The notes under the pieces are model-generated. The model searched no databases and was not told the DNA's origin. It was given only the letters and a program-made list of their open reading frames with translations. Both the position numbers and the translations under genes were made by a program. Positions 41,112 to 52,500 of a stretch of DNA of 64,000 bases are shown in pieces. How positions within the stretch are numbered: position 1 is the first letter of the stretch; each line of letters opens with the position of its first letter. This DNA comes from Paraspadella gotoi. Its lineage: Eukaryota > Animalia > Chaetognatha. The stretch lies in assembly GCA_051294375.1 (NCBI GenBank), contig JBJCIZ010000239.1, positions 3,355,989 through 3,419,988 of the forward strand, written 5' to 3'.

Positions 41112-43060
41112 CAACAACGATTATGAAGACGAAGAAACGTGAAAACCGGGAATATCCCGATTATTTTTAAAATGTATAGAATCTTACGGTTTCGTTGTTT
41201 GTTTATAACCGTTGTTAATATTGAAAATAATTTTTTATGATTCATTGATTTATTTATTAGCTTAATTATAAACTATTTTTAATCATTTTGTAATATGGAA
41301 TATACACCACAATATCATTTTGTAATAAACAAACTACATTTAAAACCACGATCATCGCCATCTTTAAAGTTACCCAGAAAGTCGAGGTAGTTAAAAAAAT
41401 TATATTATGAACAATTTTGTTTCAAATTCACAAACTTTTTTAACGCTGATGAAGGCTTGTAACTGAGCCGAAACATGTCCGTTATTAATAAAAATAAATC
41501 GTTGTTGAAAACTAATTTCAAACTCTTCTAACAATTATGTAAAAATAATTATTATAAATTTTAAAATTTATATAGAGGCCTTAATTATCTATAGTACTAA
41601 TCCAATAAATATTAAAATTTCAAAATAGTCTTTTGTAAAGTTTTTTGCAGATTTGGATTTGTCATGAAGTTGATGTAAAGAAATTAATTCTTTATTAAAA
41701 TTTTTTTCATTTTGTTGGTCAAATATCAGAAAAACCTATATTTTAATCTGAAAATTAAAATTTTATATAATGAATAGTTTTTTTAAAATTTTAAACCCAC
41801 TTAATGAAAGAAATTTTAAAAAAAAATTTATATTTTTTTTATCAACTTTTGACGAGGAATGAAAATCTGTAATCAAAATTAAAAAAAAGCTTATTTTGAA
41901 TTTTTTCGATTATATAAGGATAGTATTATGTATAAATATAACTTACTGTGAAAATTAAAAAAAATATAAAATTGATTTTTTTTTTACAAATTAATGTTCA
42001 CCCCCGAACTCCGGTGTTTCGGCTGGAAGTAATCAATTGAACCCCCCCCCCCAAAAAATTTAACCCCCCCCAAAAAAGTGTGTGGGTTTCACCTTTGTTG
42101 TACAAATCGTATTCGCCAAAATAATCTCCTTCAAATAAGTGGCCCATATGACCAACAAAACCATTATAAATTATTACGTATGCTTCTCCTTTTCGAATAT
42201 AATACAACCCGTTAATTTTATTATCCGAACCTTTCATAAATAGAAGTTAATTGTTAAAAAACATCATTTGTTTTGAGAGATATATAATAATTACTCCACA
42301 ATCAATTCCCCTTTAACAACATAGTTGGTTCCAAAAGTAGGCCGATGGCGAGAAATACAGGATCAGCATTTTCAAACAGACGCATGCTGGCCAAAGCTTT
42401 TATGTTAAGCTTGAACATCATCTCATCGCGATAATTGCTCGTTATATCTAGGTTGAAGGACTGAAGCGCCAATAGACTATTCTTTCTATGATAGCTGAGA
42501 TAAGCGAACCTAAAAAGTATTACAATTCTGGTTAATGGATAAGAATAACAAGAAGCCGGGAGTGAATAAACGAGACTGTTACTGTTAATGTTACTGTTGC
42601 AAGCTTTCAATCAAGACTCTCTGTTAGAGAATCTTGATTGAAAGCTTGCAGGGACCTGCTTTGTCATTATCTCGTAAGAATGAAGCCAGTCCAAAGTGTC
42701 CAAAGTCAGGGGGGGGGCAAGATAGCATATTTATTAAAGGAAAGAATGATTTTTAATATCGGTTGTACCAATTTCATTGAAAAAAAACAACGAGAAAACC
42801 TCTTCAGCTTTTCGGCATTTTCCGTCTGCTTGGCGACTTGAATGAATGTCTCTACGATGCTCAGCTGATCCGAATATTGGTACGCGAAGCTCGTTCTATC
42901 TTGCCACCATCCTCCCATCAACGCGTAAAAAAGCCAGAGATTCCAAACCATTCCGACCAAGATTCCCAAAGTCACGATGAAGGTTGAATCGGAATTAGTT
43001 GGGAAGGTCGAGCCCAAACCCAAGCTTCCAACTTGATAATTCATGTAGAAGAGGCCCTTT
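13917..43060 (-). CDS. Large multi-exon gene for a four-repeat cyclic-nucleotide-binding-domain ion channel (CNGK/tetraKCNG-like, divergent); 5' end lost at the fold-back axis ~43587
   Basis: Four pore/S6 exons: YQVGSLGLGSTFP (~43040), YYLMALGLGVGED (~35190), VFCYGVGFGDVAP (~28060), FYFVINLCGNGRGDIT (~16880). Each is followed by C-linker/CNBD exons: LYYIRKGEAY..EGDYFGE (~42150), GDISNDFMLLAKG (~32230), GELVIRDGDIMASFMIVKEG (~27100), YLPGDTVVDRGEIIDRAYYITKGEV (15610-15690/14430). TM exons include 31293-31913, 21136-21390, 18275-18378 (RFPADVVAALPL) and 17390-17556. Exons above ~31900 show some stops/frameshifts and not all junctions are resolved. Confidence 0.8.
14590..15480. mobile_element. 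TA-flanked Tc1/mariner-type MITE with a nested MITE (~14742-15133)
   Basis: ta-cactcctgtgaaaaaaaaaacgcgccatttt versus reverse complement of aaagtggcgcgatttttttaaacatggctg-ta; nested tacacggattt...aaatccgtgta. Confidence 0.55.
16235..16657. mobile_element. Fold-back hammerhead-bearing element (Penelope-like, non-autonomous)
   Basis: Near-perfect inverted arms 16274-16657 around a (GA)n/(TC)n centre; unpaired ~39 nt tail containing cttttcgttg; 14-bp TSD gaattttaaatcat (16221-16234 / 16658-16671). HHR intact on + (16571-16607), mutated on - (16324-16360). Confidence 0.8.
16571..16607 (+). ncRNA. Minimal type I hammerhead ribozyme core
   Basis: cg-CTGATGA-a-GGCTT atactta AAGCC-GAAAC-AT-GTC: both conserved boxes, helix II, palindromic ACATGT helix III, GUC site. 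Confidence 0.8.
18028..18173. mobile_element. Short interspersed element with (GACC/GACA)n microsatellite and terminal hairpin, Helentron/DINE-like; relatives at ~26200-26265 and ~35310-35430
   Basis: gacagaccgacggacag...gtgacttacagagttgctccgcgagtacttgcggcgcaact; terminal hairpin AGTTGC...GCAACT repeated at 26236-26264. The family assignment is inference from architecture. Confidence 0.45.
18424..19419. mobile_element. ~1 kb fold-back hammerhead-bearing element (Penelope-like, non-autonomous)
   Basis: ~470 bp near-identical inverted arms (18421-~18890 / ~18925-19383); HHR cores intact on both strands (- 18474-18509, + 19295-19330); tail with caacgaaaag; 13-bp TSD aattaaaatatta (18411-18423 / 19420-19432). 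Confidence 0.85.
19295..19330 (+). ncRNA. Minimal type I hammerhead ribozyme core (mirror copy on - at 18474-18509)
   Basis: cg-CTGATGA-a-GGCTT gaaatg AAGCC-GAAAC-AT-GTC. Confidence 0.8.
19715..20157 (+). mobile_element. Degenerate member of the hammerhead-bearing family
   Basis: Decayed core gcttatgaaggcttgaaacagcaagccgaaacacgac (20091-20127) followed by the family motif aaaataaaatcgttg; (TC)n tracts. Confidence 0.55.
20158..20257 (+). pseudogene. Tc1-like transposase N-terminal fragment
   Basis: Translates SGDTLKQKKGSGRPRKLTARQSRTIVKGMENKV; GRPR-K motif typical of the Tc1 DNA-binding linker. Confidence 0.6.
20258..20893 (+). mobile_element. TRIM (miniature non-autonomous LTR retrotransposon)
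   Basis: Direct repeats 20258-20492 and 20678-20893 (TG...CA in the 3' copy); PBS-like TGGTGAGTCCGAC after the 5' LTR; polypurine tract AGGAGGGGGGGA (20666-20677) abutting the 3' LTR; ~185 bp non-coding interior; possible TTAG target duplication. Confidence 0.8.
22962..23130 (+). repeat. Dispersed repeat, second copy at ~27660-27830
   Basis: Shared ttcca..g.gttgcgccgc...tttgatcacatgatatgacatgacatgactaa...ttatagttttagga. Confidence 0.7.
23720..23975. mobile_element. Short, decayed fold-back hammerhead-bearing element
   Basis: Inverted arms ~23756-23838 / ~23890-23975; core gctgatgaaggcttacaatatagccgagac (GAAA mutated); tail tttcgttgcg; 13-bp TSD aaatacagtcttt (23707-23719 / 23976-23988). Confidence 0.75.
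26404..26992. mobile_element. TTAA-flanked MITE with GG...CC termini (Kolobok-like); related copy at ~40894-42000
   Basis: ttaa-GGCGTAGT...ACTACGCC-ttaa with longer imperfect subterminal IRs; matching blocks at 40895-40953 and 41575-42000. Confidence 0.6.
27159..27289. repeat. Local tandem duplication (~69 bp period)
   Basis: gagatttaaaaattaaaatattaaagatttaaatttttatattaaaaataatgttgatttg occurs twice consecutively. Confidence 0.85.
30449..30600. repeat. Short fold-back with the family tail (cgcaacgaaa) but no hammerhead core
   Basis: gaaaaacaatttttatttgttttggttcaac / gttgaaccaaaacaaataaaaattgtttttc inverted pair followed by gaaacgcaacgaaa. Confidence 0.6.
32651..33064. repeat. GC-richer inverted repeat (~175 bp arms, ~65 bp loop)
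   Basis: 32651-32824 is the approximate reverse complement of 32890-33064 (e.g. gaggaagcagttgcgactgtgagagcgacgacgaagggagtga). Confidence 0.9.
33691..34310. mobile_element. Fold-back hammerhead-bearing element (CUGAAGA variant)
   Basis: Inverted arms ~33731-34000 / ~34058-34310; + core cg-CTGAAGA-a-GACTC gt GAGTC-GAAAC-AT-GTC-cg (34225-34256); 13-bp TSD tgataaattatgc (33678-33690 / 34311-34323). Confidence 0.8.
34544..35120 (+). mobile_element. Non-autonomous Tc1-like deletion derivative
   Basis: TA-flanked TIRs ctatctaggaaaaaagtatataacat / atgttatatacttttttcctagatag; remnant transposase C-terminus LNWLYESMPRRMQALVDAEEGHTKY* (~34970-35047), matching the Tc1 SMPRR...TKY ending. Confidence 0.85.
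37250..37322 (-). mobile_element. tRNA-derived SINE-like head
   Basis: Minus strand: TGGCGCCTGAGG (A-box-like)...CCTCCCAACCCAAA...GGGTTCGTGCCC (B-box-like); shares cctcccaacccaaa with the TRIM LTRs. Confidence 0.5.
37936..38402. repeat. Minisatellite, ~22-24 bp unit (ttatcatcgcatcaat + variable ~7 nt), ~20 copies
   Basis: Directly visible tandem array; re-copied at ~49950-50390 (inverted) and ~59200-59780. Confidence 0.95.
38814..39751. mobile_element. TA-flanked MITE with ~200 bp TIRs (Tc1/mariner-like)
   Basis: ta-CATGGTGACAATTTT...TTTTCCAAC (38814-39011) inverted at ~39554-39751 (…AAAATTGTTACCATG-ta). Confidence 0.85.
41441..41484 (+). ncRNA. Minimal type I hammerhead ribozyme with clear helix I
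   Basis: TAACG-CTGATGA-a-GGCTT gtaact GAGCC-GAAAC-AT-GTC-CGTTA; helix I TAACG/CGTTA pairs perfectly. Re-copied at ~46785 (-) and ~63342 (+). Confidence 0.82.
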
Positions 43061-43593
43061 CTAAAACATTACGCAATCATTGTTACATTACTACTAGCTA
43101 ATTAGAAAATATACTAACCTTTTAAACCTTTTGCTTACCTCCACATAAGCGTATTTGAACCAGTTATAAAAACGTATTTCATGACGCGGTCCTAAATTTA
43201 AAAAGTGATTTGATGTAGGAGCTCCGTCGTTCGACAATTGCTTTGTTTTTTGTTTTTTTACGGATTGATTAATATATGACTCTTTCAGAGCAACCACTCA
43301 CCTAGTTTAGTAATGGGTATGGATCATGCGGCGACGCAGGATCAAAGAGGGAGCCCAGCGCGAGAGGCGTCGCCGAGGGAGATCATGGCAAGCAGCGAGG
43401 GTTGGAGGGCGGCCCGCGAAGAGAACATGAAAAGAATAAAGTGGAGAAGAGGGAAGAAGAGGGAAGAAATGATTAATGATGCTTCGAAGAACCAGCATTT
43501 GCCTCCATAAAGTCGCCATGCACACTCGCACACTCGCACACTCTCGCACTCCCACCGCGGGATGATTTCACTCGCCGGATGAACGTTGTCTCG

Positions 43594-46500
43594 ATCCGGC
43601 GACGTGAAATCATCCCGCGGTGGAAGTGCGAGAGTGTGCGAGGTGCGAGTGTGCAATGGCGACTTATGGAGGCAAATGTTGGTTCTCTCGAAGCATAATT
43701 AATCATTTCTTCCTCTTCTCCCTCTCTTTTACTTTATTCTTTTCATGTTCTCTTCGCGGGCCGCCTCCAACCCCTCCGCTGCTGCCATGATCTCCCTCGG
43801 CGACGCCTCTCGCGCTGGCTCCTCTTTGATCCTGCGTCGCCGCATGAATCCATACCCATTACAAACTAAGGTGAGTGTGTAATAAAAATTATGGGGGTGG
43901 CCTTGAGTCCTGGTCGCCGGCGTTAGTGATGTAGTTTTAATTCCGTAAAAGAGCGTGGTTTTCCGACGATTACAGAGTGTGGTCAAATGGGCGTGTCCAC
44001 ACTCGTCTGAAGGAATCCTTATCCGCAGTTCCACGTATTTAATTATTATTAAATCTGAAATGAGAACAAGAAATATTAGAACAAGGGGTAATTGGAGTAT
44101 CTACTTATTAACTCAGTATCACTTATTTACACAAAATAATCAATGTATGTCAAAATATGAAGTAAAAAAAGCGCATTAAATAGAAAATTCCACTTGGAAA
44201 AGTTGTAGATGAATCCACAAAATGTTGTGAGTCTGTAATCCACTTTAAAATTGAGTACCGCTCATTTGGCACCCACCCAGCCTTCAAGTCTTACTAGACT
44301 TTAAGTCCGGAAATTATTTTAAAGCCTTAAGTCCTATGGATTTTTAACCACTTAGTCTTTAGAGACTATTATAATTTGGGGACTTAGACTCTTTTAGTCT
44401 CTCCTGGACTTGAACGTTTATTATCTTTCGGATTAGACGTTTTCAGTCTCTCCTGGACTTGAAACGTTTTTTAAGAACTTTTCCAAGGCCGGACAGAGTT
44501 TCACCTTACAACCAGAGGGTCTCAGCAAGACTCTCCAGAAGCTGCAGTGCTCTCCATTATATAGACACCTTCTGGGTCAATGATCAGCTCCTTGGGTCTA
44601 GCTCTTGCATTTTGGAGGGCTAAATCAACTATCTTGTTGGTTTTTACTATGCTTTAGCTAATTCTTTGGCTTTGCCAGTGCTAACCTAAAAGTTTAGTGG
44701 GTGCATTAAAATAAACTGCTTTTGCTTTTGCTAAAGCTACTTAATAGAGAAGCTCATTAGAATTCCTCTGCTTTTGCTTTTTGCCTTACCAATTCAATCT
44801 TGATAAGCCTATTATAATTCTGTCTGCTTTTGCCTTGCTTTAGCTAAGTTTAGTCCATTGTTAATTTGCTTTTCTTGAGGAAAAGCTATTGCTTATTAGT
44901 TAATTATCAGTTATTCTATGAAACTATAAATATATAAATACTAATAAAATTACCCACTCATTTTTATTACAGAGTGGTTGCTCTGAAAGAGTCATATATT
45001 AAACAATCCGTAAAAAAACAAAAAAAAACAAAAAAAAAGCAATTGTCGAACGACGGAGCTCATACATCAAATCACTTTTTAAATTTAGGACCAGTCATGA
45101 AATACGTTTTTATAACTGGTTCCAAATACGCTTATGTGGAGGTAAGCAAAAGGTTTAAAAGGTTAGTATATTTTTCTAATTAGCTAGTAGTAATGTAACA
45201 ATGATTGCGTAATTTTTTAGAAAGGGCCTCTTCTACATGAATTATCAAGTTGGAAGCTTGGGTTTGGGCTCGACCTTCCCAACTAATTCCGATTCAACCT
45301 TCATCGTGACTTTTGGAATCTTGGTCGGAATGGTTTGGAATCTCTGGCTTTTTTTACGCGTTGATGGAGGATGGTGGCAAGATAGAACGAGCTTCGCGTA
45401 CCAATATTCGGATCAGCTGAGCATCGTAGAGACATTCATTCAAGTCGCCAAGCAGACGAAAAATGCCGAAAAGCTGAAGAGGTTTTCTCGTTGTTTTTTT
45501 TCAATGAAATTGGTACAACGATATTAAAAATCATTCTTTCCTTTAATAAATATCGCTATCTTGCCCCCCCTGACTTTGGACACTTTGGACTGGCTTCATT
45601 CTTACGAGATAATGACAAAGCAGGTCCCTGCAAGCTTTCAATCAAGATTCTCTAACAGAGAGTCTTGATTGAAAGCTTGCAACAGTAAACATTAACAGTA
45701 ACAGTCTCGTTTATTCACTCCCGCTTCTTGTTATTCTTATCCATTAACCAGAATTGTAATACTTTTTAGGTTTGCTTATCTCAGCTATCATAGAAAGAAT
45801 AGTCTATTGGCGCTTCAGTCCTTCAACCTAGAATATAACGAGCAATTATCGCGATGAGATGATGTTCAAGCTTAACATAAAAGCTTTGACCAGCATGCGT
45901 CTGTTTGAAAAATGCTGATCCTGTATTTCTTAACGCCATCGCCTACTGTTTGGAACCAACTATGTTTGTTAAAGGGGAATTGATTGTGGGTATGATAGTA
46001 ATTATTATATATCTCTCAAAACAAATGATGTTTTTTAACAATTAACTTCTATTCATGAAAGGTTCGGGATAATAAAATTAACGTTGTATTATATTCGAAA
46101 AGGAGAAGGCATACGTAATAATTTATAATGGTTTTGTTGGTCATATGGGCCACTTATTTGAAGAGATTATTTTGGCGAATACGATTTGTACAAAAAAGGT
46201 GAAAAAAAAAAAATTTGGGGGGGGGGGTTAAATTTACTTTCGCCGACCGAGTTTCGGGGGTGAACATTTAATTTGTTAAAAAAAATCAATTTTACTATTT
46301 TTTTTAATTTTCACAGTAAGTTATATTTATACATAATACTATCCTTATATAATCGAAAAAATCAAAATAAGCTTTTTTTTTAATTTTGATTACAGATTTT
46401 CATTCCTCGTCAAAAGTTGATAAAAAAATATAAATTTTTTTTTAAAATTTCTTTCATTATAGTGGGTTTAAAAATTTTAAAAAAACTATTCATGTATATA

Positions 46501-49500
46501 AAATTTTTAAATTTTACAGATTAAAATATAGGTTTTTCTGATATTTGACCAACAAAATGAAAAAAATTTTAATAAAGAATTAATTTCTTTACATCAACTT
46601 CATGACAAATCAAATCTGGCAAAAAACTTTACAAAAGACTATTTGAAATTTTAATATTTATTGGATTAGTACTATAGATAATTAAGGCCTCTATATAAAT
46701 TTTAAAATTTATAATAATTATTTTTACATAATTGTTAAAAGATTTGAAATTAGTTTTCAACAACGATTTATTTTATTATATACGGACATGTTTCGGCTCA
46801 GTTACAAGGCTTCATCAGCGTTAAAAAAGTTTTGATAATTGAAACAAAATTGTTCATAATATAATTTTTTTAACTACCTCGACTTTCTGGGTAACTTTAA
46901 ACGATGGCAGATGAATCGGGTTTTAAAATGTAGTTTGTTTATTAAAAAATGATAATTGTGGTGTATATTCCATATTACAAAATGATTAAAAATAGTTTAT
47001 AATTAAGCTAATAAATAAATCAATGATCATAAAAAAATTATTTTCATATTAACAACGGTTATAAACAAACAACGAAACCGTAAGATTCTATACATTTTAA
47101 AAATAATCGGGATTTCCCGGTTTTCACGTTTCTTCGTCTTCATAATCGTTGTTTGCGTTTCTTCTTCTCTCTCTCATCTCTCTCTCTCTCTCTCTCTCTC
47201 TCCCTCCCAAACCCAACCCTTGAGAGAGAGAGAGAGAGAGAATCCATGGCCGTCGAACGTCGAGCCACTCTTCTCCCTCTACGGTCATGACCGACGCACA
47301 TCCACGACCGTAAATACAATAATGTTGTTCATTTCTCACCTTTTAGAATTTTAATTAATTTAAATTTAGAATTTTTACTACGCTTTAGTGGTTAGGGTTA
47401 AGAGGGTTTAGGGTTAGGGTAATTCGATAATATTTTTTTTTTTTAAACTAAATATTTTAAGTAATTTTTTCAAAAGACCCCAAAACCCTTGACAGCAAAA
47501 GTATGGTATGGTGAAAAAGCAGATTTGCTCTTTATTTTTTCATTCCGATAAAAAAAAATGATTATTTTAATAATATTAGTAAAGATTATAACTGCATTAT
47601 CATTAACAGTTTTAACCATTTATGTTCAACAGGATTGTCTGGGCCAATTCATGCGAAAAGCATCCTTATAATAGCTTCGACTGACTGTGATTTCCTGTTC
47701 CTGCGGCCTGAAAAATTATATTAAATGTTGCCAATTCTTTCCGAAAAAAATTGTCAGCAATTGATCGAGAACTACAGAAGAATTGCCCGAGGAGAAACAT
47801 TTAAAAAGTCGCAAAACGGCTAAAAAAAAATACGAAAGAATATCAAATTTACTGTTTTCCTAACGAGTTTAATTGACATAATTGTATTTGCCAGATTAAA
47901 ACATTTCAACCGATGACTTTTATACATTGAGCGTTCAATATTCAAAAACAAAGATCCTCAAGTCTGGCTCGAGGGCATCGCAAAAGCAAAGTCGTTGCGA
48001 GCAAAAAAAATGTAGGAGTCAGAATTGAAAAGGTCTTATGGGTTAACTATGTTTATTAATATGTTATATACTACACCTTACAACTTGAAGATAAGGGTAT
48101 CAATTTGTAGGAAAACACGATTGAAATAAGTTAAAATAAAAAGGATATTTCAAAAAGTTTAGCGAGAAATATCAAAAAATGTAATGCCATAGGCGGCTTG
48201 ACTGGTTTTCCATGTTTACTGCAATCGTGGACTCTTGTCACCATTTATTTTCGTGGCTCGTATTTGATCCATCGAGTTTGGGCGGATGTGGTGTGGCCCA
48301 GCAATATAATTAGTTCAATCATTATACAGTAAGTTTATACAACTTTTGAACTAAAAAAAAAACAAACTTGTATGCAATTTATTAATCTTTCATGTTCATC
48401 ACTGGAAATGTTGGGAGAAAAGTTTGTTAGTTATACAGTCATCATTTTGACTCAGGTGATACATTACATTCTTTCAACTAGGAATTTCCTATTTTCAGTA
48501 GTTTTTTATTTATCACTATTTAATTAATATTATATACATGGTACAATTTTAGAAACGCCGGTAGAAAAACGCTGTCATTTGCAAACCAGTGGTTATTTCA
48601 TTGATTTTTTAAAAATTATTGAGTAGAAAATATTAAAGTCATTTATGTGTTAAAATTTTATATTGATCAGTTAAGATATGCCTTGACAATGAGTGGAGAA
48701 AGTTGGCTTGTAAATAGGTGTTTCATTTTCCACAAAACTGTTTTTAAATTCTTTTTTTTTAAATACTTTATTAATAAAAAATCCTCAGAAAGCCCTAAAA
48801 AAATGAAGAGAATGATATACTTACGAAAGCTCTAACATAAAAATTAAGCTGCCTAGCCTTGGTATTCAATTAAGAGAGTCAAAAGTTAATTATTTAAAAT
48901 TTTAATATTTTTTTAAAATAAATGACCTGTTTAAATTATTATAATATAAAATCATAACATAAAATATTATTATTTATATAAGTATCATGAAAGAGCCTGA
49001 AAAAAATAGATTTAAGATAGCCAATCACAATTGATAAAAATCCTAAATTTACCCTCCCAGCTGATTGATTTTTTGGAAAGATGGTCTTGTTTTTGAGTAT
49101 CCTAATTAATTAAAGCTCGGGCGCCGTTAAATTTTTATACTACATAGTATTTGTATAAATATGTCAATTCTCTTTAGATTTGAAAGGGCTTTCAGCAGAT
49201 AATAATATTAATATTATTTTATTTTAAAATTTTTTCAGGAAAACCTATTGAAAGTAAGAGAAAAAAATTGAATCAAAAAAAGTGAGTGGAAAATAGAAAC
49301 CCGATTTTACAAGCCAACTTCTCCGACTATGTCAAGGCATATCTACTAACTTGATTCAATATAAAATTTGAAAAATAATATGACTTTAATATTTTTTACT
49401 CAACTATTTTTTCAAATCATTGAAACAACCACTGGTTTGCAAATGACAGCGTTTTTTTACCGGCGCTTGTAAAATTGTCACCATGTAGTACTATTTTATT

Positions 49501-52500
49501 AATTTTTGTAAAACCTATTAAAACTGCAAAGAAACAACCGATTCTAGGTTTTTTCTAATATTTAGGTTCATTCATTGGATCTTGCGTTATTGACCTCATT
49601 GTTTTGGGTTCGGATGCCAATAATGACTGATTTCGGACTTTCAAAAGGTCCCTATTCGCTTATAAGTGTATCCGCCAATGTTTTACTTACCGCCGCGTTC
49701 AAAGGTAAATCACAATTTAAAAATAATTCAATATATAAATATATTAAATATAAAAATATTAATCATGGGCATTAAATAGTATGAATAATTAATTGAAAAA
49801 TTACTAATTTAAACATTAATTTTATAAAAAAATTTGAAAAAAGTAGTGATCTCGCCAGATGGCATATCAAAGTAAAATAATGAAAAAATCCGGAAGAAAA
49901 ACAAATGATTGATCGCAGATGTCGTCTATTTATCATGTAATATAATTGATTGAGTGATAGTTAATTTATTGATGTAATACGGATTAATATTTGATGCGTA
50001 TGATAACTATTTATTTGATTGCAATGATTAACCAAATATTGATGCGATTATAACCAAAGGAATGATCGATGTACCGGGATGATGCGATGATAACCAAATA
50101 TTTGATGGATGATAACCAAAGGATTTGATGCTGATGATAAACCAGAATGGATTGAATGCGATGATAACCAAATGATTTGATGCGATGATAACCAAATGAT
50201 TGATGCCGATGATAAACCAAATATTGATGCGATGATAGTTATTCATGATGGCGATGATAATTTATTCATTATGTGAGAAAAACCATTCATTTGATCCGAT
50301 GATAATCATCATTTGATGCAATGATAGTCATTCATTGATTGTCGATGATGATTATTCATTTAATTGCGATGATAGTCATTCATTGACCGCAATGAGACAA
50401 TGGAGAGATGAGAGAGAGAAAGGAGAGGAGAGAGAGAAAATTTTTTTTTTTTTTAAAAAAAGAGACCAATTGACAATGTAGACAATAAGAAGATTAAACG
50501 ATTTTAAAACATATGACATTTAAAAAATAAATTGGATGAGCAAAGACTAATTGCACTAATGGCCATCTAAAAATAAAATTCAAACAATTAAGGGATTATT
50601 GCGGACATTGCAAATTGGAAGAAGTATTAAGTTATATCAATGAAAATCATAGTGAGAGAGAGAGAGAAAGATAGAGAAAATTGGACAGCGCTAAGATCAG
50701 CCACTTGCAGACTGAACTCGATTTTAGATGTATCTGAATAGGACACGAACTCCTTCCTATTCAATATAAATATTAAAAAATAAATATTTGGGGTATACGA
50801 GCCATATACATTTTTCGTACATTGAACGTGTACCATAAAAATGTATAAATTTGTTGTTTAAACATGTACTCTTTCTAAAATTTAAATTTACTCACCCCAT
50901 TGTAGTGGGGCTAACCCCTATAGAAGAAAAATAGCGAGAGAGAGAAGCTGACATATAATTAAAAGAGAGATGAGAGAAGCTAGACAGCCCAGTACTCGTT
51001 TTAAAAGGCGGCAAAAGCAGTTACTCCGTTGTGGGCGCCTGAGCGTAGCACGAGCTCCCTCCCAACCCAAAGACTATGGGTCGTGCCCTGCTGATTCCAT
51101 AGAAAAAGCGCGATCGAGGCGTCTAACTTACGTCTTTTACATTAGCTGAGACCTCAATATATATAAATTTTTTGGTAAATAAAACCATAAACAAATGCGT
51201 GTTTGACGTGAGCATAGAGAGAGAAAGAGAAAAAAATAAAGAGAGAGAGAAAGAGAGAGTGAGAAAAAAGCTGGACATGCCGCTGCAAAGCCTGAACTCG
51301 TTTTTAGATGAATCAGAAGAAGAAAAAAAATCAAGAGCAAAAGAGAGAGAAAGAGAGAGAGAGAGAGGGAGGGACATATAATTAATAGAGAGAAGAAAGA
51401 ACGACATTTGTGGACGAAACTTGTTTCGTCCATAACATAATTAATTAAAACGTTTTTTTTTGTAAATAAAACAAACAAAATCCGATATTAATATGAAAAC
51501 ATGACAATTTCAAAGATTCTTAATGATGAGAAGCCATATCTAAATTTTTCAATTCCTTATCATAATCACACTTTTTAATAGAATCCAATTCGTTAATTCC
51601 GTAGTTAGTAGTTTTATAAAAAATTGATAAAAATTTGTTTTGTAAATAAAACAAACACATCCGAATAGTAATATGAAAATATGATAATTTTTAAATTCTT
51701 CAACCCCTATGATAACACACTATTAATTAGAATCAATATTAAAAAAGCGTGAACCGCCGACGACGACGACGACGTCACAAAGAAAGCTGAGCCTTCAATT
51801 AATCGAGATAACAACATTGAAATGATTATATCTTTGCATCTTTCTCAAAGATTGTCTTTTATCGGCGTCATGTGGCACAATGTAGGATGATCGCTGGATA
51901 ATATAGATCCGTAAGGCTTTTAGATGCGATGTACTACGGTTATTGAAATTTCATTTTCAGACGGCAACCATAATTTTTTTTAAAATCAGCGGTTTTTCTC
52001 ATAGGCCCGCTCCCATTTGGCATTGTTCATTACTCACAATGCTGAATTATCACTACATGTCGATATCTTTCTGACTTTTCACGAGCTTTTGTGTCTATTA
52101 CAATATTTCGAATATCGTAAACATAACGTCTCCCTGCCATTGTTAACGAATATTATAGCTTTACATCAAACGGTATGTTTAGTAACATTTTTTTTTAATT
52201 TCTTTCAACATGATTCAAAAAATTGTATACGGTTAACACCATATAATAAAAATAATGCCCATTGATATTAATAATAAATAATACGCGTCAGAACGAAAGT
52301 TCTAATTGTTGCAAAGTTTCAAATCATTTTTAGGATCGCTTTTAATCTGGAATCCAAATGGGTTGTATGTCACATGCGATTTCTAACACGAATGCGGATT
52401 CTACCATATAAAAACTCTATCGACTTTCAAGTATTTGTCTTCGACTACAATTCATAGATGACATTTTAAGTGTCATCTCTTTCATATGTATAACATAACT

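Noticed and set aside
31966-42610. In-frame stops/frameshifts in channel repeats 1-2 as recoding or pseudogenisation
   Set aside because: Cannot be separated from consensus errors or unresolved small introns; the mirrored copies disagree at indel positions.
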